DNA from: Octopus bimaculoides
Lineage: Eukaryota
Direction of reading: 5' to 3'
Length of the DNA: 64,000 bases
Assembly (NCBI RefSeq): GCF_001194135.2
Contig: NC_068996.1
Coordinates: 51,741,415 to 51,805,414 of the forward strand
Within the stretch, counting starts at the first letter, position 1, and each line of letters starts with the position of its first letter. Of the stretch, positions 43,461 to 58,239 are shown piece by piece. Under the pieces are notes generated by a model that saw only the letters and a list, made by a program, of their open reading frames with translations, searched no databases and had not been told where the DNA came from. The translations under genes and the position numbers were made by a program.

Positions 43461-46400
43461 TCACTACTGAATATATACATATGTGCACACACACGTTTTG
43501 TCAGCCACAGTCTAGATCTGTGCCTCAGAGAGAAACTAAGTGCAGATCTATATTTGCATTCCTATAACACAGAGGTCCTCAAAGTAATTAGTGTAAGGCA
43601 GGTGGTATATAGCTGTAGAAACCATCATCATCATCATCGTATAACATTCGCTTTCCATGCTGGCATGGGTTGGACAGTTTGACTGGAACTGATAAGCCAG
43701 AGAGCCATACCAAGTTCCAGTCTGATTATGGCTTGGTTTCTACAGCTGGATGCCCTTCCTAACTCCAAACACTCCGAGAGTATAGTGGGTGCTTTTTACA
43801 TGCAACCGGCACAGGAGCCAGTCAGGTGACACTGGTATTGACCACATCCGGATAGTGCTTTTTACATACCACTGGCAAGGGAGCCAGTCAGAGGGCTAAG
43901 AATAATATGTATGAGCAAGACATAGACCCACAGCATATTTTCAAGGGCAATAATTCTGAATAAGTGCTGACATTTGTCCAACCCATGCCAGCATGGAAAG
44001 TAGTGTGTGTGTGAGTATTCTTTCAATTGTTTTCAGTGCTTAGAGTGAGCCAGCTGGAACGTAACATTGATGGGTTGTAACTTGGTCAAACTGACTGTAA
44101 AAACTGCTAATTTGCAGGAATATAAACAAATCTACACCAGTTGCAAACCTAAGCATGTACACATACAAATACACCCTTGCTAGCATAGAAAGCGGATGTA
44201 AAATGATGATGATGTTACACACATATACACACAATTGATGAACTTCCACACAGTTTCTTATTTCTTTATTGCCCACAGGGAGCTAAACATAGAGGGGACA
44301 AACAAGGACAGACAAAGGGATTAGGTTGATTACATCGACCTCAGTGTGTAACTGGTACTTAATTTATCGACCCTGAAAGGAGGATGAAAGGCAAAGTCAA
44401 CCTCGGCAGAATTCAGAACATAACGGCAAACAAAATATCGCTAAGCATTTCGGCCAGTTCACTGCCTTCCACACAGTTTCTGTCTACCAAAGTTCGCTCA
44501 TAAGACACTGGTTGGCTTGGAAGTATGACGTATGACAGGAGACACTTGCCCAAGGTTCTGTGAGGTAGGATTGAACACAAAATTGGGTTGGGTTTTTGGA
44601 CTTCTTAAATACACCAAATGTTACCTAGAGGGCAATATAGCAGTGAAGAGTCACCAGAGTATATACATACATACATACATATGACCATGTATACACATAC
44701 ACACACATGATTAATGTTTGTATTCAAGCACATACATACTTGTCTAAACAGATGACATTAGAAAGGTGAAGAGAATATAAAAGGCCCCATTCTCTTATGA
44801 CACATTCTCTATGGAACACTAACTATAAATGTTTACTTATAAAAAAGAATCTATGAAATAAAATAAAACAACTACTTTGTCCTATTACCCTCAAAACATT
44901 CCTACCAGCATTACACTAACCTATCCAACATCATGTGTCATGTAAATATAATTGTTTTGACACATCGCCTCATTATGATGGAACATTTTTTGTTGTACAA
45001 AAATATTACAATTAAAAGGAAACTTGTTCTATTGACAAAATAAATGTTATCCTTATTGTTGGTTTTAACAAGAGCAGAAATATTTGTATTTGACTACAGG
45101 AATATATTATACGTTTGTTTGTGAACTGAAGATATACTTTTCTCAATTTTAAATAAATAAACTCCATGCTTCATGACAAAGAGCTGATAATAATAATTTG
45201 GGAAATAGCCCAGTGATACTGTCAGTATCATATTATCATAATGCACTTGCTCAAAGCTACAAAGATACTAGAATCTTCTTCAGAAACTGTTTCTGAGACA
45301 TGCAAGATGTGCACACTGGGACTGCTGTGTACATTCTCAAAATGACTACTCTGAGGAGATAGCATCTACTATAATAATACTCTTGTGTACATTTCTCTGT
45401 TACAACATATGAATGAGAAAGTGAGAAAGGAAGGGGTGATAGATGAACAAGGAAGAAAGGGGTGATGGCAAACTTGGTAGTGGGATGATGGAAATTCTAT
45501 GGGAGGGGGGGATCAAACAGCATTTCAACTCTGTGTGAGCATATGTGTGTGTATGTAAAAGGGAGTCGTGTGTGTGTGTGTGTGTGTGTGTGAATTATTA
45601 TGTACTTCATTTATATATAAAATACTACAATTAGCCATACACTTTTGACGGTACGGGGCCAGCTAGTGGAAATATAAATAACATATGAAGTACATTGTTT
45701 ATTTGAGTACTAGTGTACTTTTATTTTTCTGCAGGTCTGGTTTGGGAAGATTCTGATAACAGGCCTCACACATGTGGAGATGAACGTATAGTTGTTCAAA
45801 CTCAACATCAGCTACATCATTATCACTCAACTAAGAGAACATATAAAGGTTTAAAAGAAACACATGTGCAACTAAACACAAATGAAAATTAATGGAAAGC
45901 ATTAATGCCCAATGGTTCCTTCTACACAAGCATATAATATGAGTAAATAGATACCCCCCCCCCCCATTATACTGTTTTTATCTGTGTAGACACTCCTCAT
46001 TAGTAGGCTGCCCAAATGGGTTAAATTGCTAAAAACTGCGCAAGGCATGTCTACTAAATACTAGATTAAGTATTTAGATGCATCAAATGACATTATTTGG
46101 TTTCTAGGAATAAATATTTTTTAAAATGGTGTCAAATTACTTTTGAGATATCTGTGTATATTTTAGTGAAAGCCAAGAACTCAAATTGAACATACACACC
46201 TTTCAAAGTGTGCATATTCAAATTGAATATACACACCTCTTCAAAAGGTGTACATTTTTATCTAGATATATCAAATCACAACATTCTTGCTAGCAAAGAT
46301 CTAACAAAACAAGAATGTTATTTGTGTAGGTAGTTTCATAAACGTACTTTCATTAAGCTTCTATGCTAAAGACATTAAGCCAATTAATCAGGACTTAATT

Positions 46401-48999
46401 CAGCATAACTTAAATAACCTGAAAACAACTAAACTTATTTAACATCATCAATTTAATAATGTAAGTGGATATAATAAATAGGATTATTATTATAACTTCC
46501 CATTCCATTTCTGTGAATCCACAGATAAAAACTATTGCTTTTATCATTCAAAACATTTATTAACTCTTAACGGCTAGTAGGACATGAATACGCCCGACAC
46601 AGCATATAATTGTCAGTTGTAGACTGCTCCAATGAAAAGCACTCTAGTTAACATGTTTTAAAGCAAATAATGAACTCTCTAATCTGAAGGAGAAAAAATT
46701 TAATTCCTTCTTCATTTATTTACATTCTAGAACATTTGCTATAAAAAAATCAATGCATGTATTGCTGAACTTTTTAGAGTTTATTTTTTACCAAAACTAT
46801 CATCTGTAAACAGGGCATGTTGTTTATGAAGGAAGTAACTCAGCTTACCTGTAAATTTCATGAGAAAGGTGCAAAAATGTCAAGGGACAAACATTTTCGT
46901 TTGCATGTTAAAGTCTGCTAATAAGTGCATTTAATTCATTACAAACATCTTTTATTTATTACTGTATGTTCTTTTATTTATTATTTATAGTACAAATGAG
47001 TTTGCCTTTTTAGGATAATACCAATTTTCACAACAGTCTAATCACAATTAAATACACTATAAGCATTTGAATAAACCCAATTAGGTTTTTCTGCTCAGTC
47101 TTTACAAGAACAAGCATTTGACTTGGGAAATGCCCACTTTTCCAAGTTCACATGGGTCAGACAATTTGTTGAGGCTAATTTTTCTCTGACTGGATGCTCT
47201 CTTCCTGTTGCTAACCCTCATCTGTGTCCATGTAAGGTAATATTTTTACATGACCAGACATGTTTTTATGGAAGATTTGAAACAAATCATACCACTTGTA
47301 AGACAGTGATGCTTATCTACAAGTGTCATGTCATGTTAAAGGCAAAAAGACAACACACAGATATATATGACAGGCTTCTTTCAGTTTCCATTGTACAGAG
47401 GCATTGTCTTACACCCGAATACCCTCCATGCTGCTCACTCATACCTGTTTTTCAAGTACACAAGACCTCACAGTTCACAGCTCTTTGAGGGTGCAAAGCC
47501 AGCAGACAATTTGTTGACAGGAGAAATGACAACAAAGTCGTTTGTAGCCCTTGATTTGTCAGAGGAGCATTAATGTAAACAAACAGACCCAATAGCCAGT
47601 GTGCATGAATATGCATGCATACAACAAACCTCTATCAGTTTGTTTGCTATATCCATTCATAAAGTTTCAGTTTGCCCAAAGCTACACCCAAGATGCCACA
47701 CAGTGGGAATGAACCTGAAACAGAATGGTTGTGAAATATATTTCTTTCCCACATAACCATGCTTGTGTGGTTAAGAAGTGTATGCACACTCACTAACTAA
47801 CACACATACACACAGACTTGTGTATATATGTTTATACTATTGAAATATTAATATCTACATAAATGAGAGAGAAGATATGGAATGATGAGGCATAAGGGGA
47901 GGGATTGAGATCTAAGCAAAACAAGTTACATTCATAATTTTGAAAATTACATAAGATGATGATACAATAAATTTGGGTGTTTGTTTTTAGAGAACTGTGT
48001 GTCAGCCTGTTCTCTTCATTGGTTTTGTTATAGCATTTAAACTGGCCACATCTAGCCCAAATATTCTACCAGCTTTATGTTCAAACTGGCCAGATCTAGC
48101 TTCTCACACCTACCCTGCAATGTCATTCTAAAACTAAACAACAGCATTGACAAAATCTCCAAGCTACAAGATAATGTGCAGTTAATTGAAAACAATTTGA
48201 ATAAATAAGCTTTACTTTTGACGGAATAATGTGAATGCTGAAGGGTTAAAAATAATGACTTTTGTAAGATGTTAGAAATAACCTTGAATGAAATTCTATT
48301 TTGAAGCTTCTGAATGTCAGATTTGATTTATTTAAAAAAAAACTTTCCAGCACAAGTGCTTGTCTAATTTCACACATAATGAAACATTTAAATGTCAAAA
48401 TGCAGTGTTTAGTCAGAAAATCAAATTACTCTTGTGTTCAGTTTTTCTCTCAACTGTCATTCGTGAACACTTACACTGCACATCCAAAGGAGCATGATAG
48501 CCTTATTTCTTTCACCTTCTCAAACCTTCTGAATTCAACGCCCATGTCTCACTACCATGCAGCATCACAGTTTTAACACAAGTGTCATACAATCTGCCCT
48601 TCCCTCTCAGGGAAAAGACTTTCATTAACCAGCAGCAGTAGCTTCCTGAACCTTTCCCCCACCTGTTCTAATTCTGGCAACCATAATTTCAGAGCAACAA
48701 CCTTCTTTTGCTAATTACATCTTTTAAATAACAAAAGCTATCAACTACTAGTGAGCTATTTGTATGTTTAAGAGGATTTATTTCTGTTTTAGTGCATCCA
48801 TTACATATCAGACTTTCTCCTTTAGTCTGCCAGTGATTCTGCTACATCTCTTGTGTACCTAAAGTTTACATTGGATACAATGTATGGAGTTTATACATAG
48901 TCTTTTTTCTGAACACTGAGCAAAGCAATTCCCTGAAGATACCAGGATTCTATTTTCTTTCTCACTTACTAAAAACTTAATCTTCTTATGCCTCACCTT

Positions 49000-50290
49000 T
49001 AGCCAAGTATACCTGTTGCATAGCTAGTCTTCTAGCCATTTAACAATGGTCCTACTTCTAAAACCTTAGTCTTTGCTAAGCTTATCTTGAAGCCTCTCAA
49101 ATCAAAGTTTAGTTTCCATGCCTGGAATTTCCTCTCCAAATCAGTCATGAGAATTAGATCATCAACATATAGGAGTTCCCATGAACAAACAGTTTTAACC
49201 TCCTCTGTGATGGCCTCCAACCTTTGTGCTAATTTCATCACCAAAACTGTTGTTGACTTTCACTTTTACTCACTACATCTTAGCACAGACATTCCCAACC
49301 TTTTCACTACCAAGGACCCCTTTTATTTAAATGAGTTTTCCCATGGACCCCTGGATATTGAAAAGTCTGTCAATTTAACATATTCACAACTGTCCTTGAT
49401 AAAACCACAGCTTTCCTGATATTCATGTCCTTGATTGCTTTATCAACCACACTGATGTCAACTTGAATTGCTTGTTCCTCTGTAGGATAGGTAGAAGGTA
49501 GCCTTTCTTTAAACCATGCACTCTTCTTGTTCAGCAGTTTCCCATAACAACACTTGCATGTCACTTTCTCTCCTTCCATGTCAGTTGTGAGAATGCTTCT
49601 TTTCATTTTCATCAATTGGTTTTGTAAACAAGACACAGTGTTCTTGGTGAAGTTTTAAATAAATCAGAAAGAATTTGAAAATTAAACATCTCTAACTGTC
49701 ACAATATTTTGCAACGAAATATTCAACTCATTGTTTTGACATAATCATCATCATTCTCTTAGTTTAATGTCTGCATTCCATGCTGGTATGGGTTGACTGA
49801 AAACTTGTAAGCTGGAGGGCTGCACCAGATTCCAATCTGACTTGGCAAATTTCTATGGCTGGATGCCCTTCCTAATGCCAACTATGCCAAGACTGTAGTG
49901 GGTGCTTTTTACGTGCCACTAATGTAACACTACAGCATTGGCCATAACTACAATCTCACTTAGCTTGACAGATCTACACAAGCACAGTATATAGTCACTT
50001 GTCACAGCCTCTGCAAGGCCCAACATTTGAAGATCATGCTTCAACACCTCGTCCCATGTCTTTCTGGGTTTTCTCTGCCACAAGTTTCCTCCACCTTCCG
50101 TGTCGCATGGCTGTTTGCACACAAGCATTATACAGTCTGCCTTTCACTCTGAGAGAGAGGCCCTTTGTTACCAGCAGAGGTAGGAGCTCTCTGAAGTTTG
50201 CCCAGGCTATTCTTATTCTAGCAGTCAAGCTCTCAGAGCATCCCCTCCCTATTACTGACTTGGTTTCGGTCATCAGACACAAATGCAATT
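49000..50290 (-). mobile_element. RTE-clade LINE remnants (RT domain and 3' end)
   Basis: Fragments DKAIKDMNIRKA, WELLYVDDLILM...[51 protein letters not shown] and PRKTWDEVLKHDL, followed by the (ATG)n tail. Confidence 0.85.
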
Positions 50291-50371
50291 CTCTGTGAAA
50301 ATTTATTTAAATTACAACAATGCTGACTATTTTGTTGCAACAACAACAAAAATGTTAATCATATTCTTTCA

Positions 50372-50505
50372 GGAGTGGCTGTGTGTTAAGAAGTTTGCTT
50401 TCCAACCACTTTGTGACACCTTGGGCAAGTGTCTTCTACTATAGCCTCAGGTCGACTAAAGTCTTGAGTGGATTTGGTAGATGGAAACTGAAAGAAACCC
50501 ATTGT
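50372..50505 (+). mobile_element. SINE family D (tRNA head plus MIR/CORE-like CCTTGGGCAAGTGTCTTCTACTATAGCC); other copies ~14510-14700, 17097-17240, 39066-39210(-), 44465-44590(-), 47630-47775(-), 63596-63730
   Basis: Recurrent GTGGTTAAGAAG(C/T)TT..TTCCCAACCA..TGGT head and GTGGATTTGGTAGACAGAAACTGAAAGAA 3' block. Confidence 0.8.
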
Positions 50506-50514
50506 GTGTGTGTG

Positions 50515-50572
<58 letters not shown>

Positions 50573-53407
50573 TGTGTATCTGTGTTTGTCCCCCACCATC
50601 GCTTGACAACTGATGTTGGTGCGTTTACGTCCCCCAATACAATAAGTACTAGGTTTACAAAGAATAAGCCCTGGGGTTGATTTGTTTGCCCTAAGGTGGT
50701 GCTCCAGCATGGCAGCAGCCAAATGACTGAAACAAGTAAAAGAATGAAATATTTACAAATACATGTCCTTGCAGTGATCAATGCACCTTCGAGTGAAAAG
50801 GTAAAGCTACAGTTCTTATTTTCTCATCGGTCAAGAACATGTGTCTAAATTGGCAATTCCTCATATGACAGATTTGGCACAGATATTTTGCTGATGCCAA
50901 AGAAATCAGTGCACTTGGATCTCAGAGTTTTCTTTTATGATGTGCAAGAAATCCTTCATTCTTTCCTATTACGGATGTAACATCATTTGTACACACACCA
51001 AATTTGGAGAGTTTAGTCTTATTTTTATAATATCTTTAAAGTTTTTGAAAATGTTAGTATTCCAGGACCTAACCTTATGTATTACTAGAATAGGTAATTC
51101 TTCAACTACATGAAAATCTTGTATTACATCATAAACATCTATTGATCCATATAAGGCAGCAATTTAGCAGAATCCTTCACACACCAGCTTAGTGGCAGTT
51201 CGTCTGCCATTACATTCTGAGTTTAAAATTTCACTGAGGTCAACTTCCATCCTTTTGAAATTGATAAAATAAGTACCAGTTGAGTACCAGGGTCAATGTA
51301 ATTGATTCACCACCCCTGAAATTGCTGGCCTTGTGCCCAAATGTGAAACCAATATCAATAAATCCATCACAGATTACAGAGTAATATACAGTTTCTTTTT
51401 GAATGAGTTTTTAAAGTCTGTTAATTCATGTATTAATTCTTGAAAGAGGTACATACTTATATTTTGCTCACTTTATCTGGATCTGAACATCTTACTACTT
51501 CAACAAAGCATTCCATTATAAGCTTTGCACCACTATATGATTTACCATTTCTTCAGTCACAGCGTTAGCATTCCCTTGATGTAACACTGAAGGGGAAAAT
51601 TGCCTTTGTTCTAGTTTTCCTTTAACTTTTAACATCTGTTGAAAAATTTCTTAAGTCAAAAGCCCATCCTGTAATGTCTCAGCAGAAAATACTTAATGGC
51701 CGAGTAGGAAACGTTGCATTTATTAAAATGCTTATTGAGAATTTCAGGTGTGGCCAGATTATCATGAGAATTGAAATTTATTGTAGAAACGACTTAACTT
51801 TTTTTAGATGTAGATAAGTCAGTCATTTGTGCTAAAAATAATGTGCATTTGTGACAGTCAATAATTGATAATAATTAAAAAGATAGACAATCTAGTAAAT
51901 GACAATTTAATGATGTTTGTAATGAATTAAAATGTAATTAGTAACATACTTGGACATACAAATATCACAAAAGAAATTCTTTTTCTACAGGTATTTCTGC
52001 ATCTTTCTTATCAAAATAAGCTGAGATACTCCCTTCAGAAACAATAAGCCCAGGTATACATGATAGCTTTGATAAAAAATAAAACTAAAAAAATACATTA
52101 CAAAAATTCAGCATTGATTTTTAATAGCAAATGTTATAGAATGTAAACGAATGGATAATTGAAGTTTTACCCTTTTAGATTAATGAGCTCATTTTTTTGC
52201 TTCAAAACAAATGTTAACTGAGGCAATCTAAGACTGTCAGATACAAGAGTTATTGGATACATACATGTTATACTGTTTTTAAGAGCTAATTTCTTCAATG
52301 TGATCTTTCAAGACTCATTCTCTAATCTGGCCTATCTATTGTGAGTAACAAAGTACTTGTGTGCATTATATTTTGTTATTGTTCAAAGTATGTTACCACA
52401 GAGCAAGGAAGTCATTTTATTGCATTTAAACACTACAAAATATTATGGTTCCTATCCATCTGCTTCAGGACACTATTTTCTTGTTTCAGCATTCTTTTTG
52501 AGATGATGGGAAGAACAAATGAAAAAAGTGACTTTAAAGCTACTAATAAATAATTGATAAGAACAAGGCAGTAAAGTAACCAAAGCAATTGCAAACTTCA
52601 ATAAACGGACATACACCACTATTGAAATTGAGTCACTGATTAACATTTGCCAATAATTAATCATTCTCCAGTATATGTAGCACATTGTATACTTTGCTAT
52701 TTGATCTTCTTTATTAACATGTCAACAGCACAAGTAAAATACACCAGTTTATATATTAGCCCTAAGCAGATAAATCCATCAAATTATGGTCTTTAGATTT
52801 TCGCCTATGATGGAAATGTGTAATTACAATTCTTCTCTTTGTTAGCACTATGTTTCGTGCATTGTGCCTCTTTGTAGACTTGTTACGTATTGAGGTGTTT
52901 ACTGATATCTTTTCTGTGTTCGTTTGTCTTATTTTTAACTTTACATGTGTTTTGTACTTATTACCCGCCTGACTGGCCCTCGTGCCAGTGGCACATAAAA
53001 GCGCCCACTAAACTTTTGGAGTGGTTGGCGTTAGGAAGGGCATCCAGCTGTAGAAATTCTGCCAAATCAGATTGGAGCCTGGAGTCGCCTCCTGGTCCAC
53101 CAGTCCTCAGTCAATTCATCCAACACATGCTAGCATGGAAAGCGGACGTTAAACGACGACGATGATGATGATACGCACAAATGATTTCTAAGACTAAGAC
53201 CAAGCTATATTTCCTTCATTTTACACTCACCACAATGCTTTAACATTAGCATGAATCCATCTTATACGAGTTCAACAGAGATATTCTGTTATATATATAT
53301 TACTGCAACTGTTTTGTGGCTTTTTGTATAAAATTAAAATTTAGCTTGATAAATTGCAGAAGGCTGCAATCAATGACTAAGCAGGCTGCAGGTTCCACAC
53401 TCCTATC

Positions 53408-53647
53408 TTAACTCTTTAGCATTTAAAAAGGGCCCAGATCTGGCCCAAATAATCTATCTTTTTCAATATTCAAACCAGCTACATTCAGCCTCTCACAACT
53501 ACTCTACAATGTCATTCTAAAAACATACCATTACATCATTGAAATCCTGAAGTTATCATGATTCATTCAAAACTATATGAATAAATAAGCATTACATTTG
53601 ACAGAGTAATTACGTTTGACAGAGTAATCTGAATGCTAAAGGGTTAA
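53408..53647. mobile_element. piggyBac-type TTAA MITE (~220-240 bp); other copies 13545-13769 (reverse), 48027-48249, 61448-61662
   Basis: TTAA|CTCTTTAGCATT ... AATGCTAAAGGG|TTAA termini and a shared internal sequence; the 53.4-kb copy carries an internal 18-bp duplication (TTTGACAGAGTAAT twice). Confidence 0.8.
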
Positions 53648-54271
53648 TCAATTTAACACTCAACAAATGCTTTACTTGACAATTAAAATGGTATTTACGT
53701 CCCCCAATGATTAATTTGTAAGTGAAGAGAATATAAAGAAATCATTACAATCCAACATATTTATATATAATCGTCTGTTGATATTTTGGCATCAAAAATG
53801 CCATGCTCATGTCTAAAAAAAAAAATACAGACTGCAAATAAAAGACAAAACTAGTTATAATGGGATATTAAATGTAGCTCCATTATCCAGTTTCAGCATC
53901 TTTTGTCTGTAGGTTTCTGTTACATGAAAATGTCTAAACTGGCTTTCAAGCAGAAATTGCTCCACAGAGACAAATGCCATTTACATGTGAAGTATACAGC
54001 TGTTATTACATTTTCTCTTGCTAGATCTTTCTAACAAAGGCCACTGAGTGAACCGGTTCCTATAACTCCTCTCCCTCATACTAACACTGTTGTTGTGTAA
54101 ATAAATCCATATTTCTTTCTCTGATGTTTTTCTTTATTTTTGCTCACATAAGCTGTTGTGGTGGTAATATATTCATATCTATCTGCCCTCTACCTCCAAA
54201 ACTCCAATCCCAGTGAATAATTAGTAATAGAATAATTACAAATTATTCACTGAATAATTTGCAATTTCACA

Positions 54272-54311
<40 letters not shown>

Positions 54312-55089
54312 CTATCTATACACACAATCCAATGAATAATTGACAAGAATTTATGGAGCAATTGCAAATAATGTGTGTGAGTGTGTATATGCATATGAAT
54401 ACACACACATTAATATGTATTAGACTGTTTAACTGAAAAACTGATTTGATTGCAGACAAAGGAAACCATGCTAAACCTAATCACAAGGATGCTTAAATCC
54501 TCATCAGATAAGCGACGTTCAGATAACAGAGGGTTGATTACATGTGTGGATGTGTATATTCTCTCCTATTTTAATCATTTAAAGTCTTCCTGGTTTCTAA
54601 CAAAGATAAAAAACTTCACTGTAATGTAGATAAGAAAAACAATGTGACTTGGGAAAAGTCTTGCATATTTTTACTGTTTCACTAATGATTTTAATTGTAA
54701 TATGTGAGCTAGCTGGTTGATTTAATTTTCTCAAACCTCTGTTCTTCCAGAAGGCAATTATTATTGGTGTAAATTTGAATTTTCGACCTGGATATAGAAG
54801 CTGGAGGTTTCAAAGCAATAGTTCATTGTTATCTTTTCTCTTTGATTTTAGAAGAGATATTCACATCAGTAGGGCAGCTGATCTCTGTGATAATGCATAT
54901 TTTTACTTGTCTGTCTGAAACAATGATGTTTAACCTACCATGTTTGCACTTGGTAGAAGTTTTGATGGGAATGTTTCACCAATATTCCTTATAATTTTAT
55001 GTATGTATTCAAATACTGGAGGACGCTCTATTTATCCTAGGACAGTCGTTTTTTTTTTTCAAACATATTGTTTTAGCAACATTGGGAAG

Positions 55090-57700
55090 TAATATTTTAA
55101 TGGCATTTTTTGGCTATTGCTGATCATGTGTGTGATGTCTCCCACAGAAATGTGATATAATTGATATTTTCAGTTGCATTTTGTTCATTAGGTATTTCAT
55201 AGCAACTTCCTGTTCTTGGATTGCAGGTGCATAGCCTTGGAAGTGTGATGTAGTGATCACAAGTCCAAGAGAAGCTGCACTCCATGTCTTTGGGAAATAA
55301 ACTCATGCATGTTCTTCTTTTGGTATGCTGAGCATTTCACATCCAGGGTCTTCCCGGAGGTATTTTAGTTTAGCTGTTTTGGAGGTTATCAGAAAGAAAG
55401 AGCTTCCTGTTGACAAGTAGGTTGTTATTCTCTTTGCTTTTCAGCAGCATGTTTATGTATCTATGTTTGCTGCTGTTATTTAGCAAGAACTGTCTCAGAG
55501 AGAGGCTATTCGACATTCGAAAGCTGTCTGCACTGATCTCTAACCTCTCTACCTCCTCCATCTCTTTTTATGAAGATTCTGTTGATAGCACTGTTTCTGT
55601 GTAAGTTTCCAGTTTGTTTCTGGATCTTGTGAGTTCTAATGTCTATGGAGTGGAATTTCTTTACAGACCAGTCAAATATCTCAAATGTTGATATCAGCAC
55701 TGGTACTGCAAATGCATCTTGTTGTAAAGGAGAGTTCAAACTGCCATATTCTTCTAAGTAATATTCTCAGCATCTTTGTATGACATGTTTTCATCAATGC
55801 CTAGGTATTTGTAGCATTCTTTGTTTGGAACAGGAGGTGTAGAGAGACTGTTGATTCATATATTTGGGTTTGGGGCACTGATTTCCTACGTTCAACAATT
55901 AAATGCAAACACTTCTTTTGGCCAAATTCCATGCCTATGTCAGCCAAAAAATGTTTTTATTAACTCCAGCTTTTTCTTGGCATCGTAAACATTTCTAGAA
56001 TAGATCTTCAGGTCATCTACAAAGTTATGGGTTGCATTAGTATCTTTACAGTTGTAGACTGTAGCATGTAGCCACTGAAGTTTTGTAGCAAAAATAATAA
56101 TGGACTTAATACAAAAATAAATGGAATTACAGAAAGGTTACCTCTTTGGAATATTCCCTTTGAAATATTTATAACATCAGAGACAATCGTTCTGTTTTTA
56201 GTTATATGTGTAAGGATTAGTGCCCAGGCCTTTGTGTGTCTTTCAAAGACAGCAGCTAAGATAGCAGGTAATTTTATGATGAAGGGAGGAGTCGAATGCT
56301 TTCCTATAATCAAGCCTTATTGTGTCACAAGGTTTCTACAGCATTTTCTTACTTCAGAGTACACAGTTTCAGTTTATCAAAATTTATTCAAAATATCACC
56401 ACACTCCTTTCTTTCCACAAGCCAGCTCATCAGTCACTATGTTGTTAGACTCAAAATGATCCTGGAGCAATTGGTTGACACAGCTAGGGGTACAGGTAAG
56501 CAATGAACCTATAGTTATCTGCCAACTTGATGGTTTCATTCTTACCTACAAGAGTTACATGTGGAAGCCAATTTGGTATGTCAGTCTGTCTTTCTATGGC
56601 TCTCTATAAAATGTCAGCCTCTTGTATTAGTACCGAACTCTTCCTGATGTCTTCCCATTATGCAGTTTGCTTATGGCTGTAGAAAATGCTTCAGGGTTGA
56701 TTGTGTAAGTTCTCCTGTCAACATTGATACAGTATATTTTTTTGTAGCCACATTTAGCCAAAATATCTTATGGCTAAAATCTCTCCTTTTAATCCAGATC
56801 TTAGACCAGAAAGATTAAAAATCTTCAGACATGTAAGTATGGAAGCTTTCTTAATCCCAAAATATTTTCCTTCCTCTTCTCCTTGCACAATGCCTGTAGA
56901 TTGGAAGCACACTTGTTATTTAAAATGGCTTACTCAAAAATTTTCTTACAATAGCAAAGTCTTTCACTCAGCATCTTGAGTTTGTACTTCAGACTAATTA
57001 GTTTTCACTCAAGGTCAAGACGAAAAGATTTACTGTAAAGTTTTGTTAACTTGCATTAGATGAACACAGTATACCCTCCATATTTCATTATCATGATTAA
57101 CCATTCAGTAGAGTGGCACAGATTGCTGATGTTTTCTTCTTGAAGTCTAGTTTTCAATCTAGCTTGCTTTCATTTAGTAATTTTATTACCAAGTACACTG
57201 CAGATTTCTCCTAGGTGTTCTTCAAGAATGATAACAGCTGCATATATAAAGGTGTTAACAAACATCACATGATTCCATGTGCTCTCTTTTGACATAAGAG
57301 AGTTGGTTTTTTGGAAGAAGTAGAAAAGTTTTTATGAACTGTGGTTACAAGATGTTCCTAAGTTGAATATATTTAGCAGTTGTCTCAGTTACAGAAAGAT
57401 ATACAAGAGTTTATATTAAGGGTGGAAGTGGTTTGTTTACATCATTTTTGATTTCCCTTATTGCAGATTATGGCCAGTTCTCAGTGTTCTGGGAAGATTG
57501 TTTGGCATGACAAAAGTAAGCCATTTATTTTTACAAAGAAAGACGTTTTCTCCTAAAGCTAAGTTGGAGTGAACTTCGTTCCAGTATTTCTTTAGCTGTT
57601 TCTTAAAGGTGGCAGAAGGACTGTCACAGACATTTTCATAGCATTAAAGTAAATCTTGTTTTAAATATAAAGTCAAAGTAAAGTGAAAAGGGTACTTATA
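55090..57700 (-). mobile_element. Decayed R4/Dong-like non-LTR retrotransposon
   Basis: In the expected order: IYAAVIILEEHLG, AISKLHNGKTSG, DNYRFIAYL, INISKGIFQ, THNFVDDLKIY (~56000-56030), AVPVLISTFEIFDW...IKRDGGGR; many stops. Confidence 0.7.
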
Positions 57701-58239
57701 TTGTCTTAGTGTTATTGCTATCAGTATCAGCTTTGATTCTGCTAGCAGAATTTTATGTAATTAAAATCTATTTTGTAATTATCATTGTTTAGTGTCCGTT
57801 TTCCATGCTGACATAAGTTAGATGGTTTGACTAGAACTGGTAAGTCAGAGAGCTGCACCAAGATCTATTGTCTGTTTTGGCATGATTTCTATGGCTGGAT
57901 GATGTCCTTCCTAACATCAACCACCCAACAAAGTGTATCAGGTGCCTTTAACGTGTCACCAGTATCCAGTCTGACAATCACTATTTTGGTAAGTAAAAAA
58001 TATTTCTCTAATTTATGACTGAAGAATTTCTTCAGTTATGTTACTGACTTAGGCTGGAGGAGTCAGCGTAATTGTTGGAGGAAATATTCAAAAAGGTATT
58101 TTAAATGGCTGTCCATTCCTGCTCTTCTGATGTTGATGGCCCCATGTTGTGCATTTGTATGCATGTATCTCCTGTCTGTCTGTCTATTTACCTACATGAG
58201 AGAGTGAGTGAAGGAAAGATATACATATATATGAGTGAA

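Noticed and set aside
45953-45966. Homopolymer C run
   Set aside because: Isolated, with no associated structure; homopolymer length is unreliable.
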